Positions 34,501-43,785 of a stretch of 64,000 nt of DNA are shown here, piece after piece. A program made the position numbers and the translations under genes. Below the pieces are notes generated by a model, which was not told the DNA's origin, searched no databases, and was given only the letters and a program-made list of their open reading frames with translations. The DNA lies in assembly GCA_025558095.1 (NCBI GenBank), contig JAIVFI010000038.1, positions 310,001 through 374,000 of the forward strand, written 5' to 3'. This DNA comes from Hyaloraphidium curvatum SAG 235-1 (taxonomy: Eukaryota; Fungi; Monoblepharomycota). The first letter of the stretch is position 1. Each line of letters begins with the position of its first letter.

Positions 34501-36954
34501 GATGTCGCTGGCGCTCAGGAGGATGCGCGCGGTCTGCACCGCGGGCGGTGCGGCAAAGTCGAGTGCGACGTTGCTGAGGGAGAGGATGTCGGGAAGGTAT
34601 CCGAAAACCTCGGGCAGGGCGACGTCCAGCTTGCCCAGGAGCCGCGTCGTGAGCCCCATGGCCGACTTCCACGAAAGCTGCAGTCCAGGGACCCGCAGTG
34701 CGAGGCGCCGTTCCGCGAGGGAACCGCCGCCGGCGCATTCGAGAGACACACCCGACTCGGCGAGCTTTGCCTTGACCGCGTTGGTAGCGAATTCGCCGAC
34801 CGAGGCCTTGGCATCCTCCAAGGAAGCATCCAGGTCGCGAGAGCGCAGCCGGCGAGCACCCTGCTGTTGGTCGGCCGCGGATTCCGGAGGCGCTGACGCA
34901 GAGCCCGCTTCCGATCCCGGGGCCGAACCTGTCCCCGAGTCGGAACCCGACCCGGTGGTTTCCGCATTCTGCTGCCCTTCCGAGGGCTCCTCTGCTCCGC
35001 CGTCCGCAGCCGACAAGGCGAGGACGACCTTGACCTCGGGATCCAGCTGGAACCTGTATATCGGCTTCGTGATGCACTCGATCGCGGCCTTGAGGTCCGG
35101 CGGCAGCAGCGCGCTCGCCTTGCCGAACGCGTCCAGGTCCGAGACCACGAGCACCAGGCCGGGCAGGTCGCCGTCCCCGCGCACGCTGGCGCAGGCGCTC
35201 GTCGCGGCGACCTTCTGCTCGGGGGTGAGCGCGCCCAGCGCAGACGAGAGGTCGGCGAGGCACGGGGCGACGGCGGTGCGGCTGGCGTTGGCCTGCTGCC
35301 CGAAGGCCGAGGCGGCGTCGGGTTCCATGCCGAGGATGCGTGCGAGGGCCATTGCGGCCGCCTGGGCGGGGTTGAGTTCCTTCTCACCCTCGGCTGGCGG
35401 GCTCGGTCAGGGCGACCGTCAGAATACGCCGAATCAGAACCAACCTTGCCCTTCTCCTTCGCTCTCCCCTTCCTCGCTCTCGGCTTCCTCGCTCTCGCCT
35501 TCCTCGCCCTCGCCTTCCTCGCCCTCGCCTTCCTCGCCCTCGCCTTCCTCGCCCTCGCCTTCCTCGCCCTCGCCTTCCTCGCCCTCGCCTTCCTCGCTCT
35601 CGCCTTCCTCGCCCTCGCCTTCCTCGCCCTCGCCTTCCTCGCTCTCGGATTCCCCGCTCTCGCCTTCCCCGCTCTCGCCTTCCCCGCTCTCGGCTTCCCC
35701 GCTCTCGGCTTCCTCACCATCGGCTTCTTCAGCTTCCCCCTCGGCCTCGCTCTCGGCTTCCTCGCTCTCGGCCTCGCCGCTCTCGGCTTCCTCGCCATCG
35801 GCTTCCTCGCTCTCGGCTTCCTCGCCATCGGCTTCTTCAGCTTCCCCCTCAGCCTCGCCATCACCAGCCTCGCCTTCGCCGGCCTCGCCTTCGCCCGCCT
35901 CGCCTTCGCGGGCCTCGCCTTCGCTGGCCTCGCCTTCGCTGGCCTCGTCGTCGCCGGCCTCGTCGTCACTGGCCTCGCTTTCCTCGTCCTTGTCCTCCGA
36001 TTCCTGGTCCCCGGAAGCTGGGCGCGCAACGTCAGACTCGTGCCGGGCCGGTCCGGTCCGGCCATCCCGAACGAACCGTCGTCATCCGCCTCCTGGTCCC
36101 CAGATTCCCGTCCCTCGGATTCCTGCTCCTCGGATGCGTCCTGGCCCTCGGGTTCCTGCTCTTCGGATCCGTCCTGGCCGTCGGATTCCTGCTCTTCGGA
36201 TCCGTCCTGGCCGTCGGATTCCTGCTCCTCGGACTCTTGCTCGCCGGACCCTTGTTCCGCGGAAGCTGGCCGCATACTGCGTCAGCGTCGGCTCGCGGCG
36301 GCGGGGCCGCAACGTCGACAAACCTTCGGCCTCGCCATCCCCGTCCTCCTCACCCTCATCGCCTTCCCCGCCATCTTCATCCCCGCCCTCGCTCTCCCCG
36401 CCCTCCCCGTCGCCGCCGCCCGCGGCATCGTCCTTGATGTCCTCGAGCTGGGCGTGGATGGCGGCCAGCCGCGCGGCGATCTCGTCCGCGACCGCCTGCT
36501 CCTCCTCCACCGCATCCGAGGTGCTCTCGAGGGTGTGGTCGTCGGCGTCCAATTGCTCGTCCGAGTCGTCGTCGCCGCCGCCCGAGGTGTCCGGGTCGCC
36601 GGCCGGGTCGTCGCCGGAGCCCTCCCCGTCCTCTCCGTCCCCGGTGTCCCCATCCTCCTCGGAATCGTCCCCATCCTCCCCATCATCGTCATCGTCGTCC
36701 CCGTCCCGCCTCCTCAGACCCTGTCCTCCGCCAGGGGTTCCCACTAGGGGACCCGCCAGCCCGGGCGACGCAGGCGGCCGCAGCGCGTTCGGAGCCGGCA
36801 ATGCCCTCGCCTCGACGAGCCCAAGGGCGGGGCCATCGATCCCGTCCCGCCGCGGCGCCCACGCGAGGAGCAGCAGCAGGCACGCGAGGGCGCGGAGCGG
36901 CGTCCCCCACGCGGGCCGGGCGGCGGCGGGGCGGCGCCCGCAATGTCTTCCCAT
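28591..36954 (-). CDS. Giant (~2,600 aa) secreted multidomain protein: acidic repeats, beta-rich body, coiled coil, ricin-like and AbfB/CBM42-like beta-trefoils
   Basis: ATG 36954 with hydrophobic signal [14 protein letters not shown]. ORFs 33382-35352, 33101-33385, 31013-33055, 29810-30949 and 28591-29523 are linked by eight ~50-62 nt GT..AG introns (e.g. GTAAGT ~33452, GTGAGT ~33112, GTGAGA ~31030, GTGATG ~29836, GTGAGA ~29631). Confidence 0.75.
30590..31450 (-). repeat. Imperfect coding repeats (A)REAAEAA(R/Q)REAER forming a long coiled coil
   Basis: Repeated ~11-aa-period E/A/R/Q units on both sides of the ~31000 intron. Confidence 0.8.
35455..35990 (-). repeat. 15-bp minisatellite encoding (G/A)E(G/S)EE acidic repeats
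   Basis: Plus strand reads (CGCCTTCCTCGCCCT)n with variants. On the minus strand it reads [10 protein letters not shown] in an exon of the giant gene. Confidence 0.9.
36110..36235 (-). repeat. 33-bp tandem repeat encoding [11 protein letters not shown]
   Basis: TCGGATTCCTGCTCTTCGGATCCGTCCTGGCCG-like units, about 3 copies. Confidence 0.8.
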
Positions 36955-37105
36955 GCGGCCGGAAGACGGAGGGCGCCGGCGGAGGCCTACGGCGCCCCCA
37001 TCGCTGCCCGCGCGAGTTCTGCTGCACCCATCGACGACCCGAGCCGCGACCTCCCTGGCTGACGCCAAGGGATTGGTCGTTTGGTCGCCATCGACTTCGG
37101 AGGCG

Positions 37106-38964
37106 ATGGAGGCGAAGGTGCCGCCGCTGATGGGCGGCAAACGCGTTCCGGGCGATGGGAACGACGTGCCCCGCCGCGAGGGCGGCCGTTTTCCGTGGCG
37201 CGCCGGGGTCGCTGCCGTCGCCGCGTGTTTCCTGCTCGTCTTCCGCTGGCCGGCCCCGCACCCGCACGACGCGCCACGATTCGCCTACTCCAACGACGAT
37301 TTGACGCGTCTGCTCAAGCTGCGATCGCATTCGGACGTGTTCCCGCCCCGCCCAACGGGCGCCGGCGTCCCCCAGCCGGATGATCGCGGAGCCGCCGGCG
37401 GGCTGTACCCCGAACGCCGCCGCGTGGCCATCGTCGGCGCCGGCGCCTTCGGCTCCTCCCTCGCCTACTTCCTGCACCAGCTCATCCCGCCGACGGACCT
37501 CTCGATCACCGTGTTCGACAAGCTTCCCCGCGCCGGCGGCCGCGTGCGCGCGCTGGGCATGTACGACCCGTGCCGCGCCAAGCCCGTCGCGTTCGAGCTC
37601 GGCGCGGCCATCTTCGCGCAGGGCAACCAGTTCGTCGCCAACCTGACCCGCAAGTTCGGCCTCGACCTCAAGAACGAGTCGGACTTCGACCCCGACCCGC
37701 CCGGCACCCGGCTCGTCGGGCTGTGGGACGGCGAGTCGTTCCTGTACCAGTTCTCGGGCGGCTTCTGGAGCGGGCCTGCGGCCTTTTTGCGGTGGGGGCT
37801 GTCGATCGTCAACGGGCGCAACATGGCCGCCGAGGCCGAACGGGAGTGGGACCAGGTGTACGGGCTGCTCGCCGACGGCGAGACGTCGGGCAGCCCGGGT
37901 GCGATGCTGTCCAAGCTGGGCGGGCTGGACACGCTGGTGGCCGGAATGTCGGCGAGGGAGTACCTCGAGGGGCGGGGGCTGGGGGAGCGGTACCTGGACG
38001 AGTTTGTCGAGGTGCGTTGGCGGCGAGGATCGCAGGTTGATCTATCGGTCGGTCTGACGAGTTCCATCTCCGTTTTCACACAGCCCGCGGTTCTGGTCAA
38101 CTACTTTCGCCCCCTCTCGGCCATCAACCCCCTCGCCGCCCTCGTCAGCATGACGGCCGAGTACTCGGCCGCGTACCAGGTCCGCGACGGCAACTTCCAG
38201 GTGTTCGAGGAAGCCCTGCTCGCCTCCGGGGCCGGCTGGGTCAAGCAGGAGGAGATCGTGGCGATCAAGAGGGAGCCCGGGAGGGGGAAGGCAAAGTACA
38301 CGCTCGTCGGGGCGGACGGGAAGGACTGGATCGGATTCGATGACGTTGTTTTGGCGGGGCCGTTGGTGGGTCCCGCGTTTTCTGCCGCCCGCTCTGTTCA
38401 CAATCTGACCACTCGGCTTCGCAGCACACGCTCAACGTCTCCCTGCCCGACGACATCCCGCCGCCCTTCTACCCGCGCCCGTACGTCGAGATCCACGTGA
38501 CCATCGTCGTCGGCATCCTCTCGCCGGAATACTTTGGCCTCCCCCCGCTCGCCTCCCCCCCGCTCAACATCCTCACCCCGCAAAACACCGCCTCCCCCGT
38601 GCCCTTCCGCTCCATCTCGGTGCTGCACCGCTTCCCGTGCCTCAACCACGGCGCCAACATCACCGTCACCAAGATCTTCTCCGCCCTGCCCATGCAGACC
38701 GCCGACCTGCTCGCGATCTACGAGAAGGTGTACGACCTGGCGCGGTACGCGTGGCCGGCCGCTTACCCGGACCTGGCGCCGTATTCGAGCCCGGAGGAGA
38801 TGCCGGGCTTCGGGCCGTACGGGGACGGCGTGTACTTCGGGGGGGCGGGCGAGGCGCCGTTCAGCTGCATGGAGGGGCAGGTGGTGGCGGCGAGGAACGT
38901 GGCGGGGCTGATCGCGGAGCAGGTTGCGAGGGCGAAGAAGGAGGCGGCGGGGACGAGGGGATGA
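37106..38964 (+). CDS. PCYOX1: Prenylcysteine oxidase / lyase (FAD-dependent)
   Basis: ATG 37106 and an N-terminal TM. Motifs RVAIVGAGAFGSS, GGRV, FELGAAIFAQGN, GLWDGESF, QVRDGNFQVFE and E.PFSCMEGQVVAARNVA. Two introns. Confidence 0.8.
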
Positions 38965-39003
38965 GTGTCGGGGGCAGGTAGGCGCGGTCCGCCTCGAACT
39001 TCA

Positions 39004-40364
39004 TCAGTAGTAGACGCGGTACATCTCGTCGTAGTCCTTCTCCAACTCCGGCAACCCGAACTTCCTCAGCGCCGCCTTCGCGTTGGCAATCTCGGCATCC
39101 GTATAGCAACGCACGAACAGCTCGGGATGGTCATCATATTCCGGGAACGGTTCATCCCCAGGGACGGGCGGGCCCTCGTAGAAGACGTCCTCGTGATCGT
39201 AGCACAGCTCATCGGCCCGGAACTTTCGCAGCCTTGGCGGCATCGTCCCGTGCGGAACAGCGACGTCTGGAAGTACCCGACGCGCAGCGACCTGAGCGAA
39301 CGCATGCGGCAGAGGGCGTGCCATCCGCGGATGAGATCCCGATCACCTTCGTCCTCAAAGCGCCACCGATCAAAGCGCACGTCGACGGAGCGCGGCTTGA
39401 AGTCCGGCACACGACTTGTGATCTTCGCTATGACGCTCCAGCTGTAGCAGTGGAATCTCCGCATCAGGGCTAGAATCGACCGGGGGATGATGTCCTCCGC
39501 TCCGCGACAAAGAAAAACGGAACAATCCTCAGTTTCCAGGAGAGGAGCACCGCGCGCTACGTCCTTCAACAGCTGCACTGCAAGCTCGCTGGCCCACGTC
39601 TCGTCGTCGTCTTGGTACGAATCGGCGACCACGATCGCCAGCGTCTTGAACCGCGGCAGGTCGAAATCGAATCCCCGGCGCTCGACTTTTGCCGGCATCC
39701 AAGCTTCCTTTTCGAACACCACGCGGAGATGCTCCAGGCAAGGCAGCTTGAGTTCGAGGAGGGCCACCGCGTCGTCCTGGCCGTATAACGAGATCTGAAG
39801 CAGCTTGAGGTTCGGCAGGACGCCAATAAAGGGTGGGAAATCAGAGTAGCAGGCGGCCAGTTCCACCGACTGAATGAGGCTTTGCGAGTCCTATGGTGGA
39901 CGCTGAGTCATCGCCGAGGAACTGCTTCAACATCCTCGAGCTACTGAACCGCATGTCGCGGAGCAGTGCCCGTCGGCACGCCCCGAGGGTGGCCTTGCAT
40001 GCAAGGGAGAGCGCCAAAATGTCCTTCTTTGATGCAATGAAGCCGGCAATCATCCCCACGAGCTCGGGCGTTGCAAAGAGCTGTCGCGCGCCGACCACCG
40101 CACGGGCCCGCGCTTCGACGCGTCCGCTTCCTCCTCGGCGGCTCGGAGCACGTCGATGATGTCCTGCATCTTCTTGCGCGCCGCGTCCAAGTCTCCGATG
40201 AGGTCGCCGAGGGCGGGGACGGAGCGGGCGGGCGCGGAGATGGCGGCGGCGATGCGGGCGAGCGACGCGTCCAGAGTCGCGCGGAAGCCGGCCTCGACGG
40301 TGTGAGCACCCTCGGTCATCTCGGAAAGCGCGTCTGACGGGCGAGCGGAGGCGGAGGCCGTCAT
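39004..40364 (-). pseudogene. F-box-like/LRR-like gene with three frame breaks
   Basis: Four consecutive partial ORFs (MTASASAR.. / LFATPELVGMIAGFI / VELAACY..LPNLKLLQI / HGTMPPRLRKF). Frame changes at ~40100, ~39880 and ~39255 lack normal-length introns. Confidence 0.65.
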
Positions 40365-40862
40365 AGTTGTGTTCGGACGATGAGAGAGCTGGCCGTGCGT
40401 CCCGCTTCCATATCCCGATCAAGATCCACTCGTGCCTGCTTTCCGCACTGAGATATTGATGCGCCGGAAGAGATGCCCGGATGGGTAAAACCCGACTCGT
40501 TATCGTGTGCTCGGTCATGTCATCCACCCGTTGGGCCGTAGACGCCGTTCGGCAGCATCCGTTTCGAGGAGCACGTACAGGAGCACCTACAGAGAAGTGG
40601 GTACGCTTGATTGAACGGTAGTACGCAATGTTTCAGGTCGAATGCTCCATGAATGATTGTCCATTGTTCCGGAGATGTTCCGCTGTAGATGTTCCGCAGA
40701 ACCTTGCACTGCCCATCCACAGACGCCTGCTCGCAAGTGTCGGCACCACCCCATCTGCACCATTTCATTTGTCTCCGCCCGAGACCGGTCGTCACGGCGG
40801 TCCCGTCGTTGTGTCGCCTCTCCGCCAGCAGATTGCCCGCATTCTCCTGTGCAAGACTCGAC

Positions 40863-41420
40863 ATGCCACCCCCCCTCCCCGTCACGTTCGTCGCCGGCGA
40901 CGTCGGTCCCTGGCGGATCCTGCGCAACGCACCCTATAAAGGCGACGGTCTCCCGGTCGCCGAGCGGTTGCTGGTGCTCGAGGGGTCACAATCGCGGCCG
41001 CCGCCCGCGGCCGCATGGACCCTTTCGGGCACTACAAGCAACGGCCGCTACATCAATCACGGAGAGCAGGATGCGCTCCGAGCCCGCCAGGCGGGGTTGG
41101 GACGCCCCGAGGCCCGCCTTGCCGCCCTGATCCCCATCCGCAAGACCGACCGCTGGTGGGACATGCCTCAGGACGAGCGGCGCGCCGTGTTCGAGGAGCG
41201 CTCGCACCACATCGGCATCGGCATGGAGTACATCTCGGCGGTGGCCCGACGGCTGTATCATTGTCGGGACCTGGGCGGTCCCTTTGACTTCCTCACCTGG
41301 TTCGAGTACCCGCCCGAGGCGGCAGAGGCCTTTGAGGAGATGGTCGCCCGGCTGCGCGCCACCGAGGAGTGGGACTATGTCGACCTCGAGCTCGACATTC
41401 GCCTCATTCGCGAAACTTAG
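40863..41420 (+). CDS. cld: Short-chain (dimeric, clade 2 type) chlorite dismutase
   Basis: Intronless, 185 aa. Motifs GTTSNGRY, ALIPIRKTDRWWDMPQDERRAVFEERSHH, VARRLYHCRDLGGPFDFLTWFEY and LRATEEWDYV. Confidence 0.9.
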   Translation: MPPPLPVTFVAGDVGPWRILRNAPYKGDGLPVAERLLVLEGSQSRPPPAAAWTLSGTTSNGRYINHGEQDALRARQAGLGRPEARLAALIPIRKTDRWWDMPQDERRAVFEERSHHIGIGMEYISAVARRLYHCRDLGGPFDFLTWFEYPPEAAEAFEEMVARLRATEEWDYVDLELDIRLIRET

Positions 41421-41798
41421 GATCGCCTGTCGCCAGACAGCCTGCGGGCTTGACGACCAGGTGTCCGGCCGCGAGCGATGAATCAGAATTAGCGAAGAAA
41501 GATCCCATCCTGAAGCACCTGATTGTATATTTTCAGTCGGTTATGATGCATACGCAGTTGGGCCAATTCTTCTGCCGTCGCCAGGCAAGAAGTTCCTCCA
41601 CGGTTTCGTCCCTGCGGGCGCGACCGGACGAGAGCTACTATAAGATAGGATCGTCAGTGGTTGCTTGACTCGAAACGATGGCGAAAACGAATTTGAGGAG
41701 ACGTTATGATGCGCAGAACCTCCCGCTGGGACCCTGGCTGTGGCAAGTCCTGTTGGGAGACGAGTGCCAACACGGAAACCGCTCCCCACTCGTCCGCG

Positions 41799-43715
41799 AT
41801 GCTCGTGCTCGGCATGGAGCCCGCGACGCTGGTGCTCTGTGGCCTCCTTCTTGCCATCGTCGCGCTGGTCGTGCTCGCGGTGCTGTACCCGGACCGCGCC
41901 GCCTTCTCCAAGTCAATGCCTGGCACGGCTTCGGCGCCTGGCGCGATCCCCGTGTTCGGGCACACGTTCGTGCTCGCCAAATATCAGCCGATTCTTCACG
42001 ATCTCACCGAGGAATGGGACGAGCAGCTCGGCGAGGCCGTGCGGCTCAACGCTTGGCTCCCCGGCATAACGCAGCAGGAGTGAGCACTACCCGAGCTTCC
42101 CGGGGCTTTGGTTGACACTCAGCGCAGCATTGTGGTTCTGACGAATGTCAAGGACGTCGAGTTCATCCTGCGCGACCCCTACACGTTCCCCAAGGGCCCG
42201 GAAGCCGACGTCCTCCTCGGCGACTTCATGGGGCACGGGATCTTCGTCAGGTGGGCACACCGATGCGGGTGTGAGCCGCGCCGAGCTTACTTGCCGGCTG
42301 GCTAGCGACGGCGATGCGTGGAAGGTCCAGCGGAAGGTCACTTCGAACATATTCAACGTCAAGTCGTTCCGCGATGTGTTCTCCCCCATCTTCATGCACG
42401 ACTCGGAGATTGTCCGCGGCCACCTTGCCACGGTGGCCGCGAGGACCAAGGAGCACCCCGAGACGTTCATCGACATCCAGGATCTGCTGCTCAGGAGCAC
42501 GATGGACTCGTTCGTCAAGCTCTCGATGGCAAGTTGTCGTCGCATGGCGTAGCTTTCCCCACTCACCTCATTTCGATGCTTCCAGGGCTCGGATCCCGGC
42601 AACCTGGGCTCTCCCGGCCGCTTCGACCCGGACGGCGGCTACCGCTTCCCCGACATCCCCTTCACCATCGCCTTTGACGGCATGAACCGGATCGCCGTGG
42701 ACCGCTCCATAAACCCACTCTGGCGCATATCGCATCGGCTCAACGGCACCCACGACCGAAACCAGCGGTACCGCCGGGTGATCAGGGAATATGCGCAGAA
42801 GATCATCGACAAGAAGCGCGAGTCGAGGGCCAAGGGCGGTCCGAGCAAGGCTGAAGGCGAACGGAACGACCTCCTTGATTTCTTTATGGACGTCAAGAAC
42901 GACGACGGCAGCGATCTGAGCGACGAGCAGCTGCAGGACACCGTACTTGCCATGATCATAGCCGGTACGTAGAGCCTTTTGGCAAACAGGCGACTGATTC
43001 AGAACGATTTGACGACCTTCCCGTCATCCACTGAAGGCCGGGACACAACTGCTCAGACCATGAGCTGGGTGACGTACAACCTCTCGGCGAACCCCAAGAT
43101 CGCGGCCAAGATGCGCGCCGAGATGGACGCCGTGCTCGGGCCGGACAAGAACAAGCTCCCCGTCTACGCGGATCTCGCGAACCTCAAGTACACGCTGGCA
43201 GTTTTCCTCGAGACCCTCAGGTTGTGGAGCAACGTGCCGATGAACCTCAAGACGGCCTCCCACCCCGTCGTGCTTCCCGGCACCGGCACCACCGTTTACC
43301 CCGGCCAGCGCCTATCGTTCAGCACGTTTGCCATGGGCCGCTCCAAGCGCATCTGGGGCCCCGACGCGAAGGAGTTCAGACCGGAGCGGTGGATCGACGA
43401 GCAGGGGAAGCTCAAGCGGGAGGACTCGTTCAAGTACCCGGCTTTCAACGCCGGACCTCGCATCTGCCTTGGCATGGACAGTGGGTGGTGCGAGGTCCAT
43501 GCAGATCCATTTCCTGACGGCAAATCTCCACAGTGGCCAAGCAGGAGGCCATGGTCCTCATGTGCGCCCTCTTCCGCCGCTTCGACCTCCAGGTCGTGCG
43601 CGAGAACGATCCGGCAAAGTGGGGTGACATCGAAAGGAGGAAGGGACGGTACGATCTGCAGGCGAGCCTGGCGGTCAGGAAGGCTTTGGACGTCCGTGTC
43701 GTCGAAATTGCGTGA
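41799..43715 (+). CDS. Cytochrome P450 (fatty-acid hydroxylase-like, CYP52/CYP86/CYP704-type), multi-exon
   Basis: N-terminal TM, I-helix AG|RDTT, ETLR, FRPERW and heme motif FNAGPRICLG. Five introns, one of them GC-AG. Confidence 0.95.
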
Positions 43716-43785
43716 AGGGTTGGGCGCTTTGGTCACTTGTCAACATGAGTTGATTCATCGGCAACAAATCTCGCGAAGCGCAAGC

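Noticed and set aside
35455-36235. Repeats as a possible CRISPR array
   Set aside because: They are contiguous tandem units with no unique spacers and no cas genes, in a eukaryotic coding context.
35446-36747. 433-aa LAFLA-repeat hydrophobic ORF, and the KARAR-repeat ORF at 34515-36275
   Set aside because: These are alternative frames of the 15-bp minisatellite. Splice sites place the acidic GEGEE frame in the giant gene.
33905-38500. 1531-aa plus-strand ORF with SPSSP repeats
   Set aside because: Up to ~37100 it is the antisense shadow of the giant minus-strand gene. Only the part from ATG 37106 (prenylcysteine oxidase) is real.
40400-40860. N-terminal extension of cld (ORF from 40689) and minus-strand ORF 40520-40927
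   Set aside because: The extension starts at a non-ATG codon and lacks family similarity; homology begins at ATG 40863. The minus-strand ORF has no recognisable motif.
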